Shown in pieces: positions 22,632-34,742 of a stretch of DNA of 64,000 bases. A program made the translations under genes and the position numbers. Within the stretch, counting starts at the first letter, position 1, and each line of letters starts with the position of its first letter. The notes under the pieces were generated by a model. The model did not search any database, was not told the origin of the DNA, and saw only the letters and a list, made by a program, of their open reading frames with translations. The stretch comes from Scyliorhinus canicula (taxonomy: Eukaryota). The stretch spans positions 62,001-126,000 of the forward strand of contig NW_024055457.1 in NCBI RefSeq assembly GCF_902713615.1. The letters run 5' to 3'.

Positions 22632-22975
22632 ATCAGCGCATAAATAGCACCTCTGCCTCACAGCGCCATAATCCCGGGTTCAATTCCAGCCTTGGGTGAT
22701 TGTCTGTGTGGAGTTCCCACGTTCTGCCGGGTCTGTTCCTGTTTCCTCCGCGTGCTCTAGTTTCCTCCCACAGTCCAAAGATGTGCAGGTTCGGTGGATT
22801 GGCCAGGCTATATTACCGCTTAATGCCCACAACGTTAGGTGGGGTTACGAGGTTCTGGGGACAGGGCAGGTGCATGCGTCCAGGTAGGGTGCTCTTTCGG
22901 AGGGTCGGTGCAGACACAATGGGCCGAATGGCCTCGTTCGGCACAGTAGGGATTATATTTAATGATGAATCTATG
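22632..22975 (+). mobile_element. V-SINE (HE1-like, long tail)
   Basis: GGGTTCAATTCC B box, TTTCCTCCCACAGTCCAAAGATGTGCAGG core, GGGCCGAATGGCC tail. Confidence 0.85.
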
Positions 22976-23375
22976 ATGAAATACAGGCATCAACAAACAC
23001 AGACACACACAAACGCACTTATCCAGACACAAACATTAAGACACTGACATGCATATTGAACGTATAAAGACACATTAACACTTTCATTACTGGACAGGGA
23101 AGTATGAACTTATATTGAACAGGCATTAATATATAAACATAAACTTCAACACACAAACACACACAATAAAACACTCAGATATACACATTAACAGAAGATA
23201 AACAAAGTTCACACAGGCGCTGACACACAAATACACAGATCAATACTCATTGACACATGAACACACACAATGACACTTATAAAGACATCGGGACACACAA
23301 AAGAAGAGTAAAGAAATACGAATTTCGCATCCACACAGACACAAAAGCTAAAGAACAAACACAGACGTCAGGCAA

Positions 23376-23563
23376 GGGCGGCACGGTGGCATAGTGGTTA
23401 GCACTGCTGCCTCACGCTACCATGGACCTGGGGTTGATCCCGCTCCTGGGTCTCTGTCCCAGTGGACTTTCCCAGTGACCCGTGGGTCTCACCCCGATAA
23501 CCCAATGATGCGTAGGCTAGGTGGATTGGCCATGATAACTTGCCCCTTAATTGGAAGAAAAAA
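23376..23563 (+). mobile_element. V-SINE, short-tail variant
   Basis: GGGCGGCACGGTGGCATAGTGGTTAGCAC head; ends TTGCCCCTTAATTGGAAGAAAAAA. Confidence 0.8.
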
Positions 23564-23725
23564 GTTACAGAGATCGATTTCTGAGTGTCATGAACTCAAT
23601 AGTAGATATGCAATGACAAATATGTTAAAGAATGAATTAGCAGCGGGAGAAAATGAAACGAGAATATTAAAAAACATATCCTGGATTAATAAACAAACTA
23701 ATTATATTTGGCTCGATCCTCGTAG

Positions 23726-23853
23726 ATACCACAGACCACACCTGGACTGAAGAAAATGAGGATGATAACGGGAACATCTGGACAACCGCTTCCACATTCA
23801 TCACCCTGTTCTTCCTGAGCATTTCCTACAGCGCTGCAGTCACTCTGGTGAAG
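23726..23853 (+). CDS. IGHM: IgM transmembrane exon TM1 (DTTDHTWTEENEDDNGNIWTTASTFITLFFLSISYSAAVTLVK)
   Basis: Acidic extracellular spacer plus CART-type TM motif FxxLFxLSxxYSxxVT; acceptor CGTAG|; donor AAG|GTGAG at 23854. Confidence 0.96.
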
Positions 23854-23992
23854 GTGAGAAGATTCAATCCACTCACACTTAAAATGACAGAGGCTGTTTA
23901 AAACATCTCTAAATGTTTGATTGATTAAAAACTCTAACATCAATGTCCCAGATCATAAACATCTGCTTCATCATTTTCTCTCTCTTTTACAG

Positions 23993-24001
23993 ATCAAGTG
24001 A
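23993..24001 (+). CDS. IGHM: IgM TM2 exon (IK*)
   Basis: Polypyrimidine tract TTTTCTCTCTCTTTTACAG| followed by ATC AAG TGA. Confidence 0.92.
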   Translation: MK

Positions 24002-24441
24002 TGGGTTGACGTTCGGACGCTGTAGATTTTCCTCAGCTGTTTATTATGATCTATGTGTGACACAAATACAATATCTCCTCTTGGTGACTCTCACAGTAAA
24101 ATTATCTCAGTTTATTATTCTGCATCGGTAACTGAGACAATCATGGACAGTATTTCTGCTTTTCAGTTTAAAATGTACGAGATAATTTTGGCTGTAATGT
24201 AATTGTAGCTAGTAATTTCTCTCAATGTCATGTCTAAATAAGTAACTTATCTCGTGCCTTATTTACAACAGTTGCCTTCCCTTTATGTTGAGCTCCTGTT
24301 CTCTCTTGTGTCTGTTACAGTTGTACATACATTTGGCAGCTCAGGGAGCATGTGTTCTGTTATCAGTGTCACCCTCAATCGCTATGTTCCCTTTTGTAAA
24401 CATCAAAATAAGCTTTTGTGTAATATTGTCTCTGAAATTTT

Positions 24442-24447
24442 AATAAA
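24442..24447 (+). terminator. Probable membrane-form poly(A) signal
   Basis: First AATAAA found downstream of TM2. Confidence 0.55.
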
Positions 24448-24837
24448 TATTGAATGAAAAAAGGAGAAAACAAGTCTAATCTGAACTCCTTTCTCTAAGG
24501 TCCATCGGCACTGATCCTTTTCCCCGATTATACAGTTTTCTCCCCTTTCCCAGACAGATATTTCTCACCAGTCCTGTCTGGGATGTGTCTGAACTCAAGG
24601 CCCCTCAGTTAAAGAGCCGCTGCGCCACCAAGCGGCCCATCCGGGTTAAGTCATCTTCACCTTTGCCTTTTTATGGTAAACTCCAGAGACCGAATGATTG
24701 CACAACTGAAGAATTCCACAGATTCACTACCCTCTGATGGAAGAAATGTCTCCTCACCTCTGTCATAAATTTGAGACCCGTTCCTCAAAGTTATGCCCTC
24801 TGGTCCCAGATTCTCCCACAAGAGGAAACAAGATGAT

Positions 24838-24975
24838 TTTTCAGGCTGTGTAACTGGTTAAAGCTCTTTCCACAGTCAGTTCACTGGAACTCTCTCCCTT
24901 AGGTGTGTGTGTGTCTCGGGGCTTTTCCAGTCACACTGATGTTTGAAATCTCTTCCCACAGTCAGAACAGACAAA
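24838..24975 (-). pseudogene. Orphan fragment of the ZNF family 5' degenerate fingers
   Basis: Reverse complement closely matches 36490-36600 and 47525-47600 (GACTGGAAAAGC..CCGAGAC; GAGAGTTCCAGTGAACTGACTGTGGAAAGAGCTTTAACCAGTTACACAGCCTGA). Confidence 0.8.
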
Positions 24976-25269
24976 CACATTGACAGTTTGTGATATGTAG
25001 GTCCTAATGAATTGAGTCAGATCTTGATGTTATATTTGGTTTGAGTTGCCCAGCTGCCAAACCTCCCGTTCTAATGCCTGAAAAAGAAGTTTTGAACCAG
25101 AATATTGTCCCCAGTGTCTCTGAAACACTCTGTCCGCTGAGGTATCCACTGGTTGTGGAAGGTGTCACGCATTCCGGTGGATGCCACATGCTCCCTCTGC
25201 AAGACCACTGGGAATAGACAAGACCACAGAACAGAAGTCGGCAGCCAAAGTAACCGCCCACCCCCTCCA

Positions 25270-25555
25270 TAATAATGATAATCTTTATTGTCACAAGTAG
25301 GCTTACATTAACAATGCAATGAAGTTACTGTGAAAAGCCCCTCGTCACCACACTCCGGCGCATGGTTGGGTCACAGAGGGAGCATTCAGAATGTTCAATT
25401 CACAGCACGTCTTTCGGGACTTGTGGGAGCAACCCAGAGCACCCGGAGGAAACCCACGGGGAGAAAGTGCAGACTCCACACAGTCAGTGACCCAAGCTGG
25501 GCATCGGATCTGGGACCCTGAAACTGTGAAGCAACAGTGCTATCCTACCCCACCC
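25270..25555 (-). mobile_element. V-SINE, GTGACAATAAA-type tail
   Basis: Same layout as 8648-8953. Confidence 0.85.
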
Positions 25556-26159
25556 AGCTACAATGCACTGCTTTAACCAGACTCAAAGTAGATTCAAGAT
25601 GTCACACTCAGCACAAGAATATTAGATATTATAGACTGTCAGATCCACAAACTCTGCCAAAGAGGCTGCAAATTAACAGGTTACTATGGACATTAAACTG
25701 TGGGCAATATTCGATGCTGTGACCAATACTTAGTTAAATACGGACCTGAATAACGAAACTTTGCAGCCACCTGTGAAGTTTAAATATGTCGTTGTGTCAG
25801 GATGAACCAGCATTTGAGGAATATGAAATCTCGGGACTGTTGGTCTCCAAGTGCCGTATTGAACACAGGAGAATGACCTTGAATTGGGACAGAGATGAGC
25901 GTGAGTGAGCATCGTAAACTGCTATTGTATTGGGGTGTTCTGGGCCCCAAAGTTTTAACCCTGCAGTTAATTGTCAGGGATGCAGTATAATAAACCCTGA
26001 ACAAAGCAAATGTGTGTGTGAGAAGCAGCTGAAGCACCAGGAACCAGCTGAACGAGCAGAGCTGAATGTCTCCTAGTGCAGCCACAGGACTGAACTTATT
26101 CCAGCTTCCAAGCCCACCTCAGACCCAACCTCCTGGCTATTCATCTACAAGAACGTTTG

Positions 26160-26574
26160 AGGACTTTGGGTCTGTACTCGTTGGGGTTTAGAAGGATGAG
26201 AGGGGATCTTATTGAAACTTACAAGATACTGCGAGGTTTGGATTGAGTGGACATGAAGAGGATGTTTCCACTTGCAGCAAAAAATAGAACCAGAGGACAC
26301 CATCTCAGACTACAGGGACGATCCTTTAAAACAGATGAGGAGGAATTTCTTCAGCCAGAGGGTGGTAAATCTGTGGAACACTTTGCCGCAGAAGGCTGTG
26401 GCGTCCAATTCACTGAGTGTCTTTAAGACAGAGATAGATAGGTTCTTTATTAACAAGGGAATCACGGGTTATGGGGAGAAGGCAGGGGAATGGGGATGAA
26501 ACAATATAAACCATGATTGAATGGCGGAGCAGACTCGATGGGCCACATGGCCTAATTGTGCTCCTATGTCTTAT
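26160..26574 (+). mobile_element. CR1 (HER1-like) 3' fragment
   Basis: MRRNFFSQRVVNLWNTLP...FKTEIDRF C-terminal motif and ATTGAATGGCGGAGCAGACTCG tail. Confidence 0.88.
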
Positions 26575-26777
26575 AGAACATAGAAGATAGAACAGTACAG
26601 CACAGAACAGGCCCTTCGGCCCTCAATGTTGTGCCGAGCCATGATCACCCTACTCAACCCACGTATCCACCCTATACCCGTAACCCAACAACCCCCCCTT
26701 AACCTTACTTTTATTAGGACACTACGGGCAATTTAGCATAGCCAATCCACCTAACCCGCACATCTTTGGACTGTGGT
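26575..26777 (-). mobile_element. V-SINE 3' half
   Basis: Reverse complement of CCACAGTCCAAAGATGTGCGGGTTAGGTGGATTGGC...GGGCCGAAGGGCCTG. Confidence 0.8.
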
Positions 26778-27359
26778 CATATAAGAAGCTTCAGAGACTC
26801 ATGAGAACTTATTTGTGTCAAAAAACGCTTCACTCCAACGAAAAGATCAACTCAATAAGAAGACATCAGACCTGCAGCGATATAAAGATTGCAGTCTACA
26901 TTCCATGTTCATCATCACAGCTTCAGCTTGATCTGTGTATGTGTCAGTGAGTGAAAGAGCCGAGAGACTTAGATGCTCAAACATCCAGGGAAAGGTTGTG
27001 ATAATAAATAACCTTTATTCCTTTAAAAATCACCAGTAAGCCTGCTGCTGAACTGTATTTTAAATAAAGAAATATCACACTTAGGGTCAGAAAATATCAC
27101 ACAAACATCCTCATAATGGACGGGAAAGGACCACGAAATGTAATCAACCGTTGTATAACCCCCTTCAGGTAGCTATATAGAGGCTGCAGCCTCTCACACT
27201 GAATGTCTACGTGATCCATAGACACCTCCAGGCTACAAACATCAGCTGCAGCCTGGGAGTGGGTGAAAGATCTTTAAAAACTGTTGGCCCGCATATTCGC
27301 CGGGCACTAGGACCCGGCTGGGAACAGAAACCTTCAGGTCCCGCCCACCTTAGTCCTTA

Positions 27360-27852
27360 GAGCTGGTGAATGTTGAGGCTTTGGCAGTTTCTCTGTAAAG
27401 TCCTTCTCATTCATTCCCTCTCTTTACAGCATCACCAAGACGCCAGCGCATGCGCTCTGCTTCCCCGGTGAACCAAGATGGCGGTTGTGAAGCAGGGCCT
27501 GGTCCCGGTCTCGGTCCCGGAAGAGAGAGCTGACCGGCGGTGATGTGACCTGAGGATCACCACACCTCAGGCAAGGGGCCAGGTTGGGAAGGCGGTGCCT
27601 TCAGGAATAACTGGGAAGGTGATGTTTGGTCAGTTGCTGCAGTCTGTGTAGTGAAGGTGCTGTCACAGTGGTGTGAGGTAAGGAAGTACAGGATTATCAC
27701 CCAGCAATGTTGAATTAAGGGGAATGTAAATCCAGCTCAGGCTGCTTTCAGATTGGAAAGGGAGCTAAGGTGTGTCCTTGGAGCTGGTGAATGTTGAGGC
27801 TTTGGCAGTTTCTCTGTAAAGTCCTTCTCATTCATTCCCTCTCTTTACAGCA
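27360..27852. repeat. Perfect 72-bp direct repeat (27360-27431 and 27781-27852) flanking a 349-bp segment
   Basis: GAGCTGGTGAATGTTGAGG...CTCTCTTTACAGCA is identical in both copies. Confidence 0.95.
27446..27523 (+). promoter_or_regulatory. Housekeeping-type promoter motif cluster (NRF1, YY1, ETS)
   Basis: GCGCATGCGC 27446-27455; CAAGATGGCGG 27474-27484; CCGGAAG 27517-27523. Confidence 0.5.
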
Positions 27853-27877
27853 CAGATAGAGGCCCTTTGGCCCATTC

Positions 27878-28160
27878 ATAATAATCTTTAATATTAGTGT
27901 CACAAGTAGGCTTACATTAACACTGCAATGAAGTTGCTGTGAAAATCCCCACTCGCCTGTTCAGGTACGCAGAGGAAGAATTCAAAATGTCCAATTCATC
28001 TAACAAGCTCATCTTTCCGGACTTGTTGGAGGAAATCGAAGCACCTGGAGGAAACCCACGCAGACATGGGGAGAACGTGCAGACTCCGAAGCCGGGAATC
28101 GACCCCAAGTCCCTGATGCTGTGAAGCAACAGTGCTAACCACTATGCTACCGTGCTGCCC
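27878..28160 (-). mobile_element. V-SINE, GTGACAATAAA-type tail
   Basis: Same layout as 8648-8953. Confidence 0.85.
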
Positions 28161-28174
28161 AGAAGATTATTAGA

Positions 28175-28655
28175 TTACCAATTCTGGATGAATTGTGTCC
28201 CAGGATGCTGTGGGAGGTGAGGGAGAGATTGCAGTGGCTCTTACCCAAAGATTTAACCATAAATTCGGCCTGTGATCCGTAGAATTTCGAAGGTTAAGGT
28301 GTGATCTGATTGAAGTATTTAAGATATTAACAGGGAAAGACAGGGTAGATAAAGATAAACTATTTCCACTGGTTGGAGATTCCAAAAGTAGGGATCATTG
28401 TCTAAAAATTAGGGCTTGACCGTTCAGGAGAGATGTTCGGAAGAACTTCTTCACACACAGGGTGGGAGAGGTTTGAAACTCTTTCCCACAAACAGCAGGT
28501 GAAGTTGGATCAGTTGTTAAGTTTAAATCTGAGGTAGAGTTTTGTTAAGCAAAGATATTAATGGATATGGAGTTAGATCACAGATCAGCCATGATCTCAC
28601 TAAATGGCAGGACAGACTCGAGGGGCTGAATGGCCTACTCCTGTCCCTATGTGTA
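28175..28655 (+). mobile_element. CR1 fragments with 3' tail
   Basis: AGGGGTGATCTGATTGAAG-like RT segment; GATCAGCCATGATCTC..AATGGCCTACTCCTG tail. Confidence 0.75.
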
Positions 28656-28692
28656 TTTCTGTAATTCTGAAATACAGACAATAATATGATAG

Positions 28693-28920
28693 GGGCAGCA
28701 CGGTGGCGCAGTGGGGTTAGCCTTGCAGCCTCACGGCGCCGAGGACCCAGGTTCGATCCCGGCTCAGGGTCACTGTCCGTGTGGAGTTTGCACATTCTCT
28801 CCATGTCTGCGTGGGTTTCGGCCCCACAACCCAAAAATGTGCAGGCTAGGTGGATTGGCCACACTAAATTGCCCCTTAATTGGAAAAAAAATGAATTGGG
28901 TACACTAAATTTTTAAAAAA
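28693..28920 (+). mobile_element. V-SINE, short-tail variant, young copy
   Basis: GGGCAGCACGGTGGCGCAGTGG head, GGTTCGATCCC B box, TTGCCCCTTAATTGGAAAAAAA tail. Confidence 0.9.
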
Positions 28921-29373
28921 TAGTATACCATGACAGGGAAAGAGTTCGGATTAGAACCTGAGTTAGTCCGAGCTGCAAACCATCCCTCCAGATCCTGGCC
29001 CTTCATAGATTTAACGAAGGCCAAGGCGATAGTTGGATTATTTTTTTTTTTAAATAATTTTTATTGAAAGAATTTTTTACATGAAGATATTTACCCCAAC
29101 TAACTATAGGATATTACAAAATATTCCCTCTTAACAAATATCCCCCCCCCCCCACCCGAACTCGCATGCGCGTTGTCCCTCCCCCCCTCCCCCCTCCCCC
29201 AAAAACAAACAAAGCAACAATCAACATCAAACATGAACTGCGAGCAAATTGGCCCGCATTTCAACCATACAAAACCCACCACAACCGTTGTTGCCACCCC
29301 CCCTCCCCTCCCCCCCCCCCCCCTCCCCCCCCCCCCCCCCCCCCCGGGTTGCTGCTGCTGCGACCTCTGTACC

Positions 29374-32300
29374 CTATCTCTGAGCCAAAAAGTCGAGGAA
29401 AGGCTGGCACCGCCTGAAGAACCCTTGTACCGACCCTCTCAGGGCGAATTTGACCCTTTCCAACTGGATAAAGCTTGCCATGTCATTAATCCAAGTTTCC
29501 ACGCTTGGAGGCCTCGCGTCCTTCCACTGTATTAGTATCCTTCTTCGCGCAACTAGGGACGCAAAGGCCAGTACTCCGGCCTCTCTCGCCTCCTGTACCC
29601 CCGGCTCCACCCCAACCCCAAAGATCGCAAGTCCCCATCCTGGTTTGACCCTGGATCCCACCACCCTCGACACCGTCCTCGCCACCCCCTTCCAGAACTC
29701 CTCCAGTGCCGGACATGCCCAAAACATATGGACATGGTTCGCTGGACTTCCCGAACACCTGACACATCTGTCCTCACCCCCAAAGAACCGACTCATCTTT
29801 GTCCCCGTCATATGGGCTCTATGTAGCACCTTAAATTGAATGAGGCTAAGCCTCGCACACGAGGAGGAAGAATTAACCCTCTCCAGGGCATCAGCCCATG
29901 TCCCATCCTCTATCTGTTCTCCCAGCTCCCCCTCCCACTTGGCTTTCAGCTCCTCTACTGATGCCTCCTCTGCCTCCTGCATTACTTTGTAGATGTCCGA
30001 TATCCTCCCCCCTCCGACCCAGACCCCCGAGAGCACCCTATCACTCTTCCCCCCTACTGGGGAGCAAGGGAAACCGTTCCACCTGGCGTCTAGCAAATGT
30101 CTTCACTTGCAAATGTCTAAACATGTTTCCCGGGGGGAGCCCGAATTTCTCCTCCAGCTCTCTCAGGCTTGCAAACCTCCCATCTACAAACAGATCCTTC
30201 AGCTGCCTGATGCCCACCCTGTGCCAGCTCTGAAATCCCCCGTCCATGTTCCCCGGGATGAATCTATGGTTCCCTCTTAACGGTGCCTCCATCAGACCTC
30301 CCACTTCCCCCCTGTGTCGCCTCCACTGCCCCCAGATCTTGAGGGTGGCCGCCACCACCGGGCTCGTGGTGTACCTCGTGGGAGGGAGCGGCCATGGCGC
30401 CATTACTAGGGCCCCCAGGCTTATGTTGCCACAGGACGCCCTCTCCATTCGTTTCCAAGCTGCCCCCTCCCCTTCCATCATCCACTTGCGCACCATCGAT
30501 ACATTTGCCGCCCAGTAATACCCCGAAAGATTGGGTAACGCCAGCCCTCCACTATCCCTACTCCGCTCCAAGAAGACCCTCCTCACCCTTGGGGTGCCGT
30601 GCGTCCACACGTTGCTCATGATGCTACTCGTCACCTTTTTGAAGAAGGCCCTAGGGAGGAAGATGGGCAAGCACTGAAATAAGAACAAAACCTCGGGAGG
30701 ACCGTCATTTTAACGGACTGCACTCTGCCCGCCAGCGACAGCGGCACCATGTCCCACCTTTTAAATTCCTCCTCCATCTGTTCCACCAGCCTGGAGAAGT
30801 TCAGCTTGTGGAGAGTCCCCCAGTTCCTTGCCACCTGCACCCCTAAATATCTAAAACTCTTTCCTGCTCTCTTAAACGGGAGTCTCCCGATTCCCTCTTC
30901 CTGGTCCCCTGGGTGTATCACAAATACCTCACTCTTGCCCAAGTTTAGCTTGTACCCCGAAAAGTCCCCAAATTCTGCTAGCAGTTCCATCACCTCCGGC
31001 ATTCCCCCTTCTGGGTCTGCCACGTATAGCAGCAGGTCGTCCGCGTATAGCGATACCCGGTGCTCCTCCCCGCCCCTTATCAGCCCTCTCCACCCCCCTG
31101 AGCCCCTCAGTGCCATCGCCAACGGTTCAATTGCCAGTGCGAAGAGCAGGGGGGACAAGGGGCACCCCTGTCTGGTCCCCCGGTGGAGCCCAAAATACTC
31201 CGATCTCCTACCATTTGTCACTACACTTGCCGTCGGGGCCGAATAGAGCAGCTTCACCCATTTAACAAATCCCTCCCCAAATCCAAACCGTTCCAGCGTC
31301 TCCCACAGATACTTCCACTCCACCCTATCAAATGCTTTCTCCGCGTCCAATGCCACCACTATCTCCGCCTCCCCCTCCACTGCCGGCATCATGATGACGT
31401 TTAGCAGTCTCCGCACGTTCGTATTAAGCTGCCGCCCTTTCACAAAACGCGTCTGGTCCTCGTGTATCACCCCTGGCACACAATCCTCTATCCTGGTAGC
31501 CAGGATCTTTGTCAGCAACTTGGCGTCCACATTCAGGAGCGAGATAGGCCTATATGACCCGCACTGCACGGGGTCCTTGTCCCGCTTCAAGATCAGAGAG
31601 ATCAGTGCCTGCGACATTGTCGGGGGCAGAGCCCCCCCCTCCCATGCCTCGTTGAAGGCTCGTACCAGCACAGGGCCCACCAAATCCGCATATTTTTTGT
31701 AAAATTCCACCGGGAACCCGTCTGGCCCCGGCGCCTTCCCCGTCTGCATATGCCCAATCCCCTTGACTAGCTCCTCTAACCCTATCGGCGCCCCCAGCCC
31801 CTCTACCAGCTCCTCTTGGACCTTGGGGAACCTCAATTTGTTCAAGAAGCCCTCCATCCCCCCTCCCCTCGTCGGCGGCTCTGACCAATACAGCTCCTTA
31901 TAGAAGTCTCTGAAGACCCCATTTACTTCTGGCCCCTTCTGCACTACGTTCCCACCCCTCTCCCTCACTCCCCCAATTTCTCTAGCCGCATCCCGCTTGC
32001 GGAGCTGATGCGCCAACATCCTGCTCGCCTTCTCCCCATATTCATAAATCGCGCCCTGCGCCCTTCTCCACTGTGTCTCTGCCTTTCTGGTGGTCAACAG
32101 GTCGAACTTAGCCTGCAAACTGCGCCGTTCCCCCAACAGCCCCTCCTCTGGTGCCTCCGCATATCTCCTATCCACGTCAAAAAGCTCCCCCACCAGCCTC
32201 TCCCTCTCCTGTCTCTCCCTCCTTTCCCTATGTGCCCGTATGGAGATCAGCTCCCCCCGGATCACCGCCTTCAGGGCCTCCCAGACCATCCCCACCTGCA

Positions 32301-33168
32301 CCTCCCCCGTGTCATTAGTGTCCAGATATCTTTCAATGCTCTTCCGGACCCTCTTACACACCTCCTCATCCGCCAGCAACCCCACATCCAGGCGCCACAG
32401 CGGACGCTGGTCTCGCGCCTCCCCCATTTCCAAATCTACCCAGTGTGGCGCATGGTCTGAGACCGCTATGGCCGAGTACTCCACTTCCCGTACTTTCGGG
32501 ATCAGTCCCCTGCTCAATACAAAAAAGTCAATTCTAGAATAGACTCTGTGGACATGGGAGAAAAAGGAATACTCCCTCGCCTTCGGCCTCCCAAACCTCC
32601 AGGGATCTACCCCTCCCATCTGCTCCATAAACCCCTTTAACACTTCTGCCGCTGCCGGCCTCCTACTCGTCCTTGAACTCGATCTGTCCAACACGGGGTC
32701 CAGCACTGTGTTGAAGTCCCCCCCCATGATCAGGCCCCCTGCCTCCAGGTCCGGAATGAGGCCCAGTAGGCGCCTCATGAAGCCAGCGTCGTCCCAATTC
32801 GGGGCATACACATTAACCATCAGCACTTTCTCCCCCTGTAGCCTACCCTTTACCATGACATATCTACCCTCTTTATCCGCCACCACCTCCGCCGCCACGA
32901 ACGACACCCTCTTCCCTACCAGGATCGCCACCCCCCGGTTCTTTGCGTCCAGTCCTGAGTGGAACACCTGTCCCACCCACCCCCTTCTCAGGCGGACCTG
33001 GTCCGCCACCTTCAAATGGGTCTCTTGTAGCATTGCTACATCCGCCTTCAGTCCCTTCAAATGCGAGATTACTCTCGTTCTCTTGACCGGCCCATTCAGC
33101 CCCCTCACATTCCAAGTGATCAGCCGGGTCGAAGGGCAGCCCGCCCCTCTCCCCTGCCGACTAGCCAT
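29374..33168 (-). pseudogene. L1 ORF2 (APE endonuclease, RT, C-terminal CCHC-type region) with two frameshifts
   Basis: LITWNVRGLN, QETH, GDFN, SRIDFF, SDH; KAPGPDG, YRPISLLN, LDAEKAFD, QGCPLSPLLF, YADD; C-terminal CVRCSG..HMFWAC; frame changes near 30680 and 30070. Confidence 0.95.
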
Positions 33169-33896
33169 ATCCTGTCACCTGCCCGCCCCGAGTCAGCCCT
33201 CCCCTTCTGACCCGCTCCCCATGGCGATGGCGCCCCCCCCCCCCCCCACACCCCTCCAGTCCTCAACTTCTCCTCCCTGGCCTTTTCAGCAGCAACCCGG
33301 TAGCCCCCCCCTTCCCCCCTCCCCCTCCCCCCCCCCCCCACCCCCCTCCCCCCCCCCCCCCCCAGGCTAGGACCCTTCCTAGCCGCGATGCACCCTCCAT
33401 AGTACTTCCGTGAGTCAGCTGGTTTACGCTGACCCGGCTGCCCCTGCCACAATCCGACTCCTCCCGGCATGGGGGACATCCCCCCCCTTACCACCTCTCC
33501 TTGACCCCGCTCCAGCGCGGGAAAGGGAGCCATTGCTGACCACGCCCCTTCCTCCCACCCTCCTCCCTCCTCTGCCCCGCGCGCGGGAAACCAGAGGAAA
33601 GCCCGCGCTTTCGCCCTGCCACTCCCACCCCTCCATCTTCAGTTCCACCCCCGTCCCCGATCCCACACCGATAAAAAGAAAACCCCACAAGAAACACGTA
33701 CCCCCGGCACTCCCCCCCCCCCCCCCCCACCCCGCCCCCACAACATAACATTATAAATAACAGAAAAAAGAAAAAAAACTGGTAGAGAGAAAAAAAAGGG
33801 TCCAAAAATACAGCCAAGTGAAAATCCAACCAGACGAAAGCCACGTGTCCAGCTTAAAGTACCAGAGCGGCAACGACCGCCAAGTATCCCCTGGTT

Positions 33897-34742
33897 CTAG
33901 TTCGAGTCCAGCTTTTCTTCCTGGACAAAGGCCCACGCCTCCTCCGGGGACTCGAAATAGTGGTGCTGGTCCTTATAGGTCACCCACAAGCGCGCTGGCT
34001 GCAGCATCCCGAATCTGATTCTCTTGGCATGCAGCACCGCCTTCGTCCGGTTGAACCGGGCCCGCCGCTTTGCCACCTCCGCACTCCAGTCCTGGTAAAT
34101 CCTCACCGTCGAGTTCTCCCATTTGCTGCTCCTCTCTCTCTTGGCCCACCTCAGCACCCTCTCCCGGTCACTGAATCGCTGGAACCGAACCAGCACCGCC
34201 CTCGGGGGTTCGTTTGCTCTTGGCTTCCTGGCCATTACTCTGTAGGCCTCCTCCAGCTCCAGGGGCGAAGGGACGACCCCTGCCCCCATCAGTGAGCCCA
34301 GCATTTCTGCCACATACCTCGGGAGGTCCGACCCCTCCAGCCCTTCTGTCAGGCCCAGGATCCTCAGGTTTTTCCGCCTCATGCGGATATCCATCTCCTC
34401 CAGTCGGTTTTGCCATTTCAGGTGGAGTGCCTCGTGCACCTCCACCTTTCCCACGAGGACCGTGGCCTCCTCCTCCCTCACAGCCATCTCCTGCTGCAGC
34501 TCCCGAATTGACGCCTCTTGGGTCGCCTGTGCTCCCATCAGCCTGGTGGTCGTCGCGTTCATCGACTCCAGCAGCTCCACTTTCAGCTCCGTGAAGAAGC
34601 GCAGGAGAACGGCCTGCTGCTCCTCCGCCCATTTCCTCCAGTCCTCGGGTGCGCCGCTGGCCGCCATTTTGGGTTTCTTCCCCCGCTTTTTTCGGGGAGC
34701 TGCTGCCGCTTTTTTTTCTGCCCCACTTCGGGTGACAACCAT
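33897..34742 (-). CDS. L1 ORF1 protein, 281 aa (coiled coil plus RRM/CTD, Transposase_22-like)
   Basis: Coiled-coil region, RRKNLRILGLTEGLEG, YQDWSAEVAKRR, FESPEEAWAF; open frame. Confidence 0.92.
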   Translation of the reverse strand: MVVTRSGAEKKAAAAPRKKRGKKPKMAASGAPEDWRKWAEEQQAVLLRFFTELKVELLESMNATTTRLMGAQATQEASIRELQQEMAVREEEATVLVGKVEVHEALHLKWQNRLEEMDIRMRRKNLRILGLTEGLEGSDLPRYVAEMLGSLMGAGVVPSPLELEEAYRVMARKPRANEPPRAVLVRFQRFSDRERVLRWAKRERSSKWENSTVRIYQDWSAEVAKRRARFNRTKAVLHAKRIRFGMLQPARLWVTYKDQHHYFESPEEAWAFVQEEKLDSN

